A DNA stretch of 59,170 bases. Source: Candidatus Levyibacteriota bacterium. GTDB taxonomy: Bacteria; Patescibacteriota; Microgenomatia; Levybacterales; UBA12049. The position numbers were made by a program, and so were the translations under genes. Location of the stretch: positions 1 to 59,170 of the forward strand of contig JAGOPV010000003.1 of the NCBI GenBank assembly GCA_017991775.1, written 5' to 3'. This document shows, one piece after another, positions 17,047-25,388 of the stretch (position 1 is the stretch's first letter; each line of letters begins with the position of its first letter). The notes beneath the pieces were generated by a model that saw nothing but the letters and a program-made list of their open reading frames with translations, did no database searches and was not told where the DNA came from.

Positions 17047-17268
17047 TTACTTTTTACCAGCGAGCTTGTTCCAAAGAAGAACGAGTCCTGAGAGACCAAC
17101 GAGCAGGTAAACAAGATTTTCAAGAGTTGGCATAGAACCGAAGATCATTGAAACGAGGTTCCATCCCATAGCTCCAGTTAAGCCACCAAGGCCAACGAGA
17201 AGCCAGTTAAGTGCTCCAACGATTACGAGCCACCATGCGAGCATGTTTAGTGTTTTCATATAATTCAC
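17047..17268 (-). CDS. DUF378 family membrane protein
   Basis: 73 aa with two TM helices and a GALNWLLVG motif. Confidence 0.7.
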   Translation of the reverse strand: MNYMKTLNMLAWWLVIVGALNWLLVGLGGLTGAMGWNLVSMIFGSMPTLENLVYLLVGLSGLVLLWNKLAGKK

Positions 17269-17341
17269 CTCCTTTCAGACGTAATGAAAAGAATGTATGT
17301 TAACACGTCTAACTTGATCGTATCTACCTATTTTGAGGCTG

Positions 17342-17980
17342 TCAAGAAGCAGGCTTACTATATCTTTGTAGATTAAATGAAGTCCTATGAGCTGGTGACA
17401 GACCGAATTGAGTGATTTGCTTGCGGTGATAAGCTGTTCCGTACCCCATATTAGTATCGAATCCATATTCAGGAAACTTACTATGTAACGTAGCCATTTC
17501 TCGATCTCGAAAAACCTTAGCTAAGATCGAAGCTGCAGCAATGGATATCGAAAGTCTGTCTCCATGCACAATTGGGATTTGTATTGATCGATCAATTCCC
17601 TCGACTGGGAACGCATCTGTAAGGAGAAAATCATATGCATGGCAAAGATCTTGTGCGCTGTTTTGAAAAGATTTTTGTGCAGCTTTTCCAATCCCAACTT
17701 CGTTGATCACACAGAGCGAGACTTCTGTAGTGCTGTAGCAAAGTGCTTCCTGCTTGATGAGATCTGCCAGAGCTTCACGCTTTTGTGCTGATAGCCTCTT
17801 AGAATCATCAATGGAATTAAGGAGTGAATTTTTAAATTTATAATGAGGACTAAAGATAACTGCAGCAGTCACAACTGGACCTGCAAAAGCTCCTCTACCG
17901 ACCTCATCAAGTCCTGCGACAGCTTGCCAGCCTTTTCCCCAGGCATCTAATTCATAGGAGAATGTTGGGAGAACTTTCAT
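17342..17980 (-). CDS. rnhB: ribonuclease HII
   Basis: GLDEVGRGAFAGPVV active-site motif and DSKRLS. 212 aa. Confidence 0.9.
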   Translation of the reverse strand: MKVLPTFSYELDAWGKGWQAVAGLDEVGRGAFAGPVVTAAVIFSPHYKFKNSLLNSIDDSKRLSAQKREALADLIKQEALCYSTTEVSLCVINEVGIGKAAQKSFQNSAQDLCHAYDFLLTDAFPVEGIDRSIQIPIVHGDRLSISIAAASILAKVFRDREMATLHSKFPEYGFDTNMGYGTAYHRKQITQFGLSPAHRTSFNLQRYSKPAS

Positions 17981-19140
17981 TCCAGAAGTGATGGCTGTGA
18001 GTCAGTTGCTTCATCAATCGACTCCACGTCAAGAATTGGAAGAGTTGGAAGTGCCTGACCAACGATGCCTTGCAGTTCGCCATACATTCCAGAAAGATTA
18101 TTACGCATTCTGTTGATCTGCATCTCTCTTTTTTTCCAGGATCTTACAGTTGAACGCTGCTCTGCTTCTAGATCACTTCGCAGCTCAATAATGCTCTCTA
18201 CTTGCGCCTCAAAGCGATGTCTGAACGCATTATCTGTGAGATATGAATAAAGCAATTCCAGCTTTTCATCTTTATTTGCAGCACCTGATTTGGCAATTGC
18301 TACTTGAAGAATGCCTCCTCTGATTGCCAGTGATAATGGTACAGCATACTCAAACGTAGTTACCCAGACATTTTCGTGAATTCCGAAAGTTGTTATGCCT
18401 TCAGGAAGAACTGTCGATACAAGTATTGAAGCGCTTGCATTTGCTTGCCTTGTGTTCTCTCGTAATTTGCTCGTCCAGGAGTTGCTCCACGCCTTTGTCT
18501 GCTTTATTTCCCACAGAATTGATCCAGCAACATTGCCATGCTTATTTTTTATCTTTTGCCAAACATCACCACCCTCAATTCCTTTGGGTACTGGTAAAAT
18601 TTCGTCGTTTGGAAATGCAGAAATTAGCTGTGCCTCGAGATCTAGCTCCATGACCTCCCCTTGCATTTGCTGGGATTTTTGATCTGCTTTTCTTTGAGCA
18701 TCCTCAAGTAGTTTTTTGGTATCATCGAGTTGTTTTTGTAGATCGCGTCTGTCCATATCAGCTTTTTCTTTTTCAGCCTTAGAAACTTCTACTTGGATTC
18801 GCTCTCTCTCTTCTATAAGCGTTTTTTTAAGTTCGATTTCTCTATTATCATCTTTAGACTTCAGCTCTGTAAATTTATCCATGAGCTCACTTAGTTGTTC
18901 TCGTAATTTCGTTGATTGCTCTCTCTGCTCGATGAGTTGCTTGTCTGCATCTTTTTGCTGATTTGCAGATTCTTCTTTTGCCTTTAGCAGTGCCTTTTCA
19001 TATGATTCTTTACGAGCTTTTTCTATGTCAGCTTCGAACTTCTCTGTCGAATCTTTCTTTACCTGTTCTTCGATTTGATGCTTAAAAGCTTCAGAAATTT
19101 CTACTTCTTTACCGCAGTGTGGACATGGGATAATATTCAT
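17977..19140 (-). CDS. DUF2130-like protein (zinc ribbon, long coiled coil, C-terminal globular domain)
   Basis: N-terminal CPHCGKEVEI, then ~170 aa of Glu/Lys-rich coiled coil and a conserved-looking C-terminal domain. 4-nt overlap with rnhB. Confidence 0.6.
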   Translation of the reverse strand: MNIIPCPHCGKEVEISEAFKHQIEEQVKKDSTEKFEADIEKARKESYEKALLKAKEESANQQKDADKQLIEQREQSTKLREQLSELMDKFTELKSKDDNREIELKKTLIEERERIQVEVSKAEKEKADMDRRDLQKQLDDTKKLLEDAQRKADQKSQQMQGEVMELDLEAQLISAFPNDEILPVPKGIEGGDVWQKIKNKHGNVAGSILWEIKQTKAWSNSWTSKLRENTRQANASASILVSTVLPEGITTFGIHENVWVTTFEYAVPLSLAIRGGILQVAIAKSGAANKDEKLELLYSYLTDNAFRHRFEAQVESIIELRSDLEAEQRSTVRSWKKREMQINRMRNNLSGMYGELQGIVGQALPTLPILDVESIDEATDSQPSLLE

Positions 19141-19190
19141 TAGGTCATCTTACTACGAGTTTGATAGCCTTGCAAATGGTTCAAAGTGGT

Positions 19191-19219
19191 TTGACAGTGT
19201 ATGTATCAATTGGTAGGAT
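19191..19219 (+). promoter_or_regulatory. promoter TTGACA-17 nt-TAGGAT, 9 nt upstream of the ATG
   Basis: TTGACA at 19191-19196 and TGGTAGGAT at 19211-19219. The start codon is at 19229. Confidence 0.55.
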
Positions 19220-19228
19220 GAAGAGTAC

Positions 19229-19630
19229 ATGAAAGGTATTATTCGCAACCTGGTTATTCATACAATAGCTCTTTTCCTGCTCCCATTTGTCGTACCTGGC
19301 GTTACTTTGGCTGGAGGCCTCGGAACATTGATTTTCGCAGGCGTCATGTTGACACTTATGATGCTTATTGTTAAGCCAATCTTAGATATAATTAGCTTCC
19401 CATTTAATGTTATGACTCTTGGTCTGTTCTCTATTTTTACCAACTCTTTAGTGCTTTATCTACTTACAGTTTTCGTAAATGGTATAATTATCAGTGGATA
19501 TAGATTCGGGGGGGCTGATATTGGTGGATTTATTATTCCAGCAATCACTTTTAATACACTTTTTGCCTTTTTGGCAGCAGCATTCGTCCTCTCGCTCATT
19601 ATTACGCTAATTAAATGGCTGATCGAATAG
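19229..19630 (+). CDS. phage-holin-4_2 / DUF360 family membrane protein
   Basis: 133 aa with four TM helices. The KPILDIISFPFNVMTLGLF region is typical of the family. Confidence 0.6.
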   Translation: MKGIIRNLVIHTIALFLLPFVVPGVTLAGGLGTLIFAGVMLTLMMLIVKPILDIISFPFNVMTLGLFSIFTNSLVLYLLTVFVNGIIISGYRFGGADIGGFIIPAITFNTLFAFLAAAFVLSLIITLIKWLIE

Positions 19631-20574
19631 ATACCTTAAAAATTGTTTGTTTGGGAGGAGGAGTTGGCACCAGCAATCTTTTGCGTGGAATCAAGCATCA
19701 TAATCCACAACTTACAGTTATCACTTCTATGGCAGATGACGGTGGCTCATCAGGTAGGCTCCGTAAGGCCTATGACATTATGCCGCCTGGCGACATAATC
19801 TACTGCATCGCCTCACTTATTCCAAATGACCAGAAGGAGCTAGAAGATCTCCTCCTTTATAGATTCCCTGGCGAGAATGAAGATGATAAGTCAATTGAAG
19901 GTCATAAACTAGGAAATTTGATTATGCTGGCTGAAATTCAGAGAACCGGCGATTTTTATAAAGCTATTCAGGTAACAAAAAAGCTTTTTGGAGTCACAGC
20001 TGATCTTTTGCCCGCAACAGATGAGCATGTCCAGCTCTGTGCTATCACGAATGATGGAAGAGAGGTTACTAGTGAAACTACCTTAGACCTTGCCCTATAT
20101 AGTGAGCCATACGGACTTAAGAATATTTTTATCAAACCAAATGCTCCTAAGGTCAATCCAAAAGTTGTGGAGGCTCTTATGCAAGCTGATGTTATTATTA
20201 GCGGGCCTGGTGATCTCTACACAAATCAACTACCTGTACTTGTGGTCCCTGAGATAAAAGAGGCAGTACTTGAGAGCAGCGCAAATAAAATCTTTATTGC
20301 AAATATAGCTAACAAGCCATTTGAAACAAAGGGATTTATGCTAAATGATTTTGTACATGCTATTTCAGATCATCTAGGAACTTTTCCATTTAATTCAATA
20401 ATTCTTAATAACAATATTTCGCTTCCGATGCCAGCACAGTATAAGTATGAATACATCCGTAAGGGAGACATTCCAAGTGACATAGCCGTTATTGAAGAGG
20501 ATGTTGTAAATGCAGCTTTTCCTATTTATCATGATCCATTTAAGCTTGCGAAAGCAGTGATCAAAGCGGTATAA
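19615..20574 (+). CDS. YvcK-like gluconeogenesis factor (UPF0052 / CofD-like)
   Basis: VCLGGGVGTSNLLRG and MADDGGSSGRLR motifs. 319 aa. Confidence 0.85.
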   Translation: MADRIDTLKIVCLGGGVGTSNLLRGIKHHNPQLTVITSMADDGGSSGRLRKAYDIMPPGDIIYCIASLIPNDQKELEDLLLYRFPGENEDDKSIEGHKLGNLIMLAEIQRTGDFYKAIQVTKKLFGVTADLLPATDEHVQLCAITNDGREVTSETTLDLALYSEPYGLKNIFIKPNAPKVNPKVVEALMQADVIISGPGDLYTNQLPVLVVPEIKEAVLESSANKIFIANIANKPFETKGFMLNDFVHAISDHLGTFPFNSIILNNNISLPMPAQYKYEYIRKGDIPSDIAVIEEDVVNAAFPIYHDPFKLAKAVIKAV

Positions 20575-20575
20575 T

Positions 20576-20800
20576 GTGGACTCTATGGGCGTGCTAGTAA
20601 TATTACAGATTATTGTTTCAATTCTACTTATAGTAGCTATTCTTCTCCAATCTCAGGGTGGAGGTCTTTCTCCAGTTTTTGGTGGTGGAGGAGAAATGTT
20701 CCGTAGTAAAAGAAATATTGAGAAGTTCCTTTTCACCGCAACTATTGTACTTGCTGCAATTCTTGGAATAATTTCAATCATACTTCTCATCCCTCGATAA
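20576..20800 (+). CDS. secG: preprotein translocase subunit SecG
   Basis: 74 aa. LLQSQGGGLSPVFGGGG glycine-rich loop between two TM helices. GTG start at 20576, with an alternative ATG at 20585. Confidence 0.7.
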   Translation: MDSMGVLVILQIIVSILLIVAILLQSQGGGLSPVFGGGGEMFRSKRNIEKFLFTATIVLAAILGIISIILLIPR

Positions 20801-20804
20801 ATTT

Positions 20805-22175
20805 ATGGCAATCATCAGAAGAAGATTACTTTTTTGGCTGATCAAGGCTTATATCAAAAAGTGGGGTAAATTTATTGCATTTTCATTCGTAGCAGGTCTT
20901 ATCATCTTTCTTTCACTCATCATATTTTTTACATATGTCTCCCATCTTTTTCCTGAGAAAAAGACTGTGGGCATGGTAGGCGCATACACAGCAGACACGC
21001 TTCCAAGTCAGATAACTTCTAAACTCTCGCGTGGACTCACAAAAGTTGAAGAGAATGGTGAGGTTAAACCTGATCTTGCCTCGTCATGGGAAATTTCTGG
21101 TAATAATAAGATCTATACTTTTCATCTCAAGAAGGGCATCTATTTTTCCAACAAAAAAGAATTCAATTCGAGTCATATACAGTATTCATTTGCAGATGTT
21201 GATATTAAGAGACCAGACAAGGATACAATTGTATTTACCTTAAAAACAAAAGATCCTTATGCGCCATTTCTCGTGACAGTCTCAAAGCCAATTTTTCCAA
21301 AAGGCATGAATGGTCTTGGCGAATTTCAAATAACAGACAGTACTCTTAACGGTGAGTACATTTCTGAGCTTTCGATCACCAATAAAAAGAATAAGAGAGA
21401 GCAAATAACGTATCTATTTTATCCAAACCATGAAGCTCTTAAGACAGCATTTCTACTAGGCGAGATGACTGAGGTTACTGGAATTAACGAGGACACATTT
21501 CAAGGTATTCCTCTCACCAATCCAAGAACAACGACTGTTACAAAAAGTACTAATTATAAACAACTCGTAACTCTCTTTTATAATACGAAAGACAAGAATA
21601 TCTCAGACAATAAGTTGCGAAAAGCACTTTCTTACGCACTCCCTGATACATTTTCACGTGGCGAGAGGGCTTATGTTCCCTACTCTCCAAACTCAATCTA
21701 TTTTAGTAAGGATTTAACTGACAAAAAGCAGGATATAGCCCACACAAGACTATTACTTGATGCGATTTATCCAGATGGTGCAAAGATACCAGAGCTCACT
21801 ATTAAAACACTAGCACGTTATCGAGACATTGCAGACGAGGTTGCTGCGATTTGGAGCAAGCAGGGTATCCCCGTTAAAGTAGAAGAGGTTGATTCAAAAC
21901 CTGATGCTTTTCAGATCTATCTTGGTGAGTTCTCAATTCCACGTGACCCTGATCAGTATGCGCTTTGGCACTCAAATGAGGAAACAAATATTACTAGATT
22001 CCAGAATTTGAGAATAGATAAACTTCTCGAGGACGGTAGGAAGACAATCTCGATAACTGAGAGAAAAAAGATCTATGCTGATTTTCAAAAATATTTCAAT
22101 GATGATGCAAACGGAGATACTCCAGCATCATTTCTTTTCTTCCCCTACTCCTATACGATCACAAGGACCGACTAG
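20805..22175 (+). CDS. ABC transporter substrate-binding protein, family 5 (peptide/nickel type), membrane-anchored
   Basis: 456 aa. N-terminal TM anchor and a KPDLASSWEISGNNKIYTFHLKKGIYFSN motif typical of SBP_bac_5. Confidence 0.7.
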   Translation: MAIIRRRLLFWLIKAYIKKWGKFIAFSFVAGLIIFLSLIIFFTYVSHLFPEKKTVGMVGAYTADTLPSQITSKLSRGLTKVEENGEVKPDLASSWEISGNNKIYTFHLKKGIYFSNKKEFNSSHIQYSFADVDIKRPDKDTIVFTLKTKDPYAPFLVTVSKPIFPKGMNGLGEFQITDSTLNGEYISELSITNKKNKREQITYLFYPNHEALKTAFLLGEMTEVTGINEDTFQGIPLTNPRTTTVTKSTNYKQLVTLFYNTKDKNISDNKLRKALSYALPDTFSRGERAYVPYSPNSIYFSKDLTDKKQDIAHTRLLLDAIYPDGAKIPELTIKTLARYRDIADEVAAIWSKQGIPVKVEEVDSKPDAFQIYLGEFSIPRDPDQYALWHSNEETNITRFQNLRIDKLLEDGRKTISITERKKIYADFQKYFNDDANGDTPASFLFFPYSYTITRTD

Positions 22176-23545
22176 CTCTTTAGTGAGGATTTGCTTCGAA
22201 GCTTTCTATGATATGTGACAGCAAATCGATGAGCTTCATCTCGAATTCTTTTTACTAAATTTAGGGCTGGAGATTTTCTTCCGAGTGAAAGTTCTCGAAA
22301 TGTATCCTCATTAGCTCCATAGAGCTTGTGACTCGCTGAATGTACTTGCGTCTGGGTATTAAAAAATGGCTGATCTTTTGCAATTATCAACGTCTCTTCT
22401 CTTTTCGCAAGACCTACCACAGGGAATGATCTGCCAGTATTTTTAAGTGCGGTCAAAACAGAAGCCACCTGCCCTTTTCCACCATCTATCAAAAGTAGCG
22501 ATGGATCTGGCCATTCACTATGTTTGAGTCGTCTCGTCAGCATCTCCTCCATCATGGCAAAATCATTCGGCTTACCGTCTAAAGAGATTTTAAATTTCCT
22601 ATATTGGGATTTGTCAATTTCCCCATGTGTAAGTACGACCATAGAGCCTGTGCTATTCGTTCCCTGGATATTGGAGATGTCATAGCATTCAATACGTGAC
22701 ACCTCCTTTATATCCAAGCCATGAGCTACGAGAGCAGTTCTCAGCAGATCCAATTCTTCTTGGCGAAGATCTGAGCGCAGATTGGGATTTGTATCGTACT
22801 CAAATGGAGCATGAACTGGCTCTGTTATGAGACGGAGTGCGTCTATCTTTTTTTGTAGAGAACTCGCTTCTTCGTATGCCTCGAGCTCGCTTGCACGAGC
22901 ACGTTCTGCTTCGAGATCTTTGATCACGTCTCTTGTTTTACCCTCAAGCATCTTAACAATGCTTTTAATCGAAGTGGCATATGCTTTCTTATTCTCAGCA
23001 CTTGAGTTAATAACTGGGCATGGGCAAAGTCCAAGATGATAGTACAGGCAACGATATGGAGGATGTCTCAGTACTGAGACAAACGGGAATATCTTTCGAA
23101 CAGTTTTAAGTACAAGCTTTACTGCACCTGCATTTGGAAAAGGTCCAAAATAAAGTGATGTATCATCAGTCATCTGTCTTGCAAACATAACCACGGGATA
23201 TTCATCTTTAACAGTAATTCTGATTAATGGATATGACTTACCATCAATGAGCTTTATATTATATTTTGGACGAAATTTCTTTATATAAAAAGCTTCAAGC
23301 AGTAGCGATTCGACTTCTGATTCAACGATGATAACTTCGATAGTCTGAACTTGATCAACTAGTAATCTAGTCTTGGGACCAAGTTGTGCGAAAGAGGTGA
23401 AGTATGAGGATACACGAGACTTAAGATTTTTGGCCTTTCCCACGTAAAGAATTTCCTTCTCCTTGTTCCGGTAAAGGTATACGCCTGGACTTTCTGGTAA
23501 AGACAAGTATGATGATCGTGGATATAGCAAGAATGACTCCTCCAA
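22172..23545 (-). CDS. uvrC: excinuclease ABC subunit C
   Basis: GIY-YIG N-terminus (PGVYLYRNKEKEILYVGKAKNLKSRVSSYF), a UvrBC-interaction segment and an endonuclease V-like C-terminus. The start is uncertain among in-frame TTG codons at 23545, 23530 and 23506. Confidence 0.9.
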   Translation of the reverse strand: MEESFLLYPRSSYLSLPESPGVYLYRNKEKEILYVGKAKNLKSRVSSYFTSFAQLGPKTRLLVDQVQTIEVIIVESEVESLLLEAFYIKKFRPKYNIKLIDGKSYPLIRITVKDEYPVVMFARQMTDDTSLYFGPFPNAGAVKLVLKTVRKIFPFVSVLRHPPYRCLYYHLGLCPCPVINSSAENKKAYATSIKSIVKMLEGKTRDVIKDLEAERARASELEAYEEASSLQKKIDALRLITEPVHAPFEYDTNPNLRSDLRQEELDLLRTALVAHGLDIKEVSRIECYDISNIQGTNSTGSMVVLTHGEIDKSQYRKFKISLDGKPNDFAMMEEMLTRRLKHSEWPDPSLLLIDGGKGQVASVLTALKNTGRSFPVVGLAKREETLIIAKDQPFFNTQTQVHSASHKLYGANEDTFRELSLGRKSPALNLVKRIRDEAHRFAVTYHRKLRSKSSLKS

Positions 23546-25286
23546 TAATTAGGATTTGCAACAGAGACAAAGCAAACGGTGTAATTAGAACGCTTTTTTG
23601 AATTATAGTGTCTTGTAGAACGAATGTAAAATCAACTTGCCTATTCGTTAGGAACGAGGTCTGACTAAAACCTACATCAATATCCTTAAATCCAAACGGT
23701 GGTATTTCAGAAAGTGAAATTTGCTGCTCACCCGGCTTCAGACCTCTTGAAATAACCTCGGCAGTCTGTGATGGGAAGAGAATCGGAGAGGTATTCTCAA
23801 CATGAATTGAGCCATTAAGTGGGAAAAATGATAAAAGTTTGTTGGGAAAATCTAAAGTTACTGAGACTTTAGGAGAGGCTGTGGGAAATGAGCTGCCTAG
23901 ACTAATATTGACGTCTTTCTTGTTCTCATCGCCTTCAAATTTATAGCCTCCAGCAGGAACAGGATACTCACTATTTCTACCTTTCCTAACGAAGGCAATA
24001 TGATCAAAGTCAAATACTGAGAAGTAATCCGTACCTCCCGTTGTATTCCCCCAGGTAGGGTCGACCATCACCCAGCGCTTTGTAGCAGAGTCATAATATT
24101 CAGGCCACGCATGAAGTATATCTTGAACCAGCGAGAGTGGTCGTTGCTTTGAATTCTCAGTGTTTGCAAAGCCATTCACTTCACGGGCTGGAATACCAGC
24201 CGCTCTTGCAAGGGTAATGAAAAGATCCGTGAATTCGAGGCAAACTGCCGAGGTTGGATCTGAGAGTGAATCAAGAGCACCCAGCCTTGGCTTGTTCTGA
24301 GTCACCCTATCAAAATCATAGGTAAGCGTTGCTACAGTGTAGGCATATATTTTCGAAGGTGTATTGTAAATCTTTGCGAGCTCTTTTATTTTGGCAGAAG
24401 ATATCTGCCAGTACTTCTGCTCTTTTGTATAGAGTTTCTTTTCTTCATCTGAGAGAGTAACTTGGGATGGGACTAACTTTACCCTCACTGTACCTTTTAC
24501 ATTAATATCCATTTTCTCTGATGGTGATAGAGTGTATTGAGCGAGCCAATTGCCATCGATGTCTGTGATCACGTTGGTGGGCTTGGGGACGATCGAGTCT
24601 ATGGCGACATCTTGATAGTTAGTATTCATTGGGAGAGCAATCTCAGTCCTGATAGGAAATACGTTTTTATTACGAAGGTGATAGACGAGGTCTAATTTGT
24701 AGATCTGATCCGTACCATATGCTATCGAGATGCCGGATTTACCGAGCTCTTCTTTTGTAAAAATAAGGATGTTGTCTGACTGTACTGGCTTAATATAGCT
24801 TGGTGTCCCAAAATTCTGAGGCACCTTCACCTCTGCTCTAAAGTCTGAATAATCCTCAGGTGACGAGATCCCGGGAATGTTGATCTCCCAAGTATTACCT
24901 TTATGATGCGCGACGTTAGTCGTATCAAAAGTTACAACAAAGACAAGTGATTTGTCTTTCCCAACAACTTTTTGATTAAAAGGTAGCTCAATTGCATTTC
25001 CCTCTTTTGTTCGTGTGATATTTGGACGAAGCTCAGTATTCGCATCTCGGGCTTTTACATTAGTAATATCGTCAAATCCGACCGTGATAGTATCTGACGA
25101 AGCATAGTAATCGCTCGTCTTATTGGTGAGTGTAACAGTGAGCACAACATTCGTCTTACCATCATCTTTTACTGTATAGACCACGTCGTATTTCCTTGAA
25201 AAATATTCTGACTCTGCATGCACATTTTGTGCAGTAGAAAGTAGAAAGAATACAGAAGCGAGTAATAGAAGGAGCATTTTCTTCAT
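23421..25286 (-). CDS. secreted transglutaminase-like domain protein with C-terminal TM anchor
   Basis: Signal peptide. Cys-His-Asp core (AVCLEFTDLF..., HAWPEYY, MVDPTW). C-terminal hydrophobic helix. Confidence 0.75.
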   Translation of the reverse strand: MKKMLLLLLASVFFLLSTAQNVHAESEYFSRKYDVVYTVKDDGKTNVVLTVTLTNKTSDYYASSDTITVGFDDITNVKARDANTELRPNITRTKEGNAIELPFNQKVVGKDKSLVFVVTFDTTNVAHHKGNTWEINIPGISSPEDYSDFRAEVKVPQNFGTPSYIKPVQSDNILIFTKEELGKSGISIAYGTDQIYKLDLVYHLRNKNVFPIRTEIALPMNTNYQDVAIDSIVPKPTNVITDIDGNWLAQYTLSPSEKMDINVKGTVRVKLVPSQVTLSDEEKKLYTKEQKYWQISSAKIKELAKIYNTPSKIYAYTVATLTYDFDRVTQNKPRLGALDSLSDPTSAVCLEFTDLFITLARAAGIPAREVNGFANTENSKQRPLSLVQDILHAWPEYYDSATKRWVMVDPTWGNTTGGTDYFSVFDFDHIAFVRKGRNSEYPVPAGGYKFEGDENKKDVNISLGSSFPTASPKVSVTLDFPNKLLSFFPLNGSIHVENTSPILFPSQTAEVISRGLKPGEQQISLSEIPPFGFKDIDVGFSQTSFLTNRQVDFTFVLQDTIIQKSVLITPFALSLLQILIIGGVILAISTIIILVFTRKSRRIPLPEQGEGNSLRGKGQKS

Positions 25287-25308
25287 ATGAGGATATTCTA
25301 CCCTAAAA

Positions 25309-25388
25309 TAGGAGATAGTTGTCAGGAATTAGGAACTAGTTAAAATTGAATTGTAACTGACTCCTAGCTCCTGATTCCTAATAACTTT
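25309..25388. repeat. heptad-phased imperfect inverted repeat (CTAG/TAG family)
   Basis: TAG/CAG trinucleotides end at 25311, 25318, 25325, 25332 and 25339. CTGA/CTAG/CTGA/CTAA/CTTT start at 25357, 25364, 25371, 25378 and 25385. The spacing is exactly 7 nt on both arms. Confidence 0.7.

Noticed and set aside
23421-23545. 125-nt overlap between uvrC and the transglutaminase-like gene as a possible programmed overlap.
   Set aside because: The uvrC N-terminus has three in-frame TTG candidates (23545, 23530, 23506) and no ATG. The apparent overlap is most likely a start-codon assignment problem, with at least 86 nt remaining. I cannot resolve it from sequence alone.
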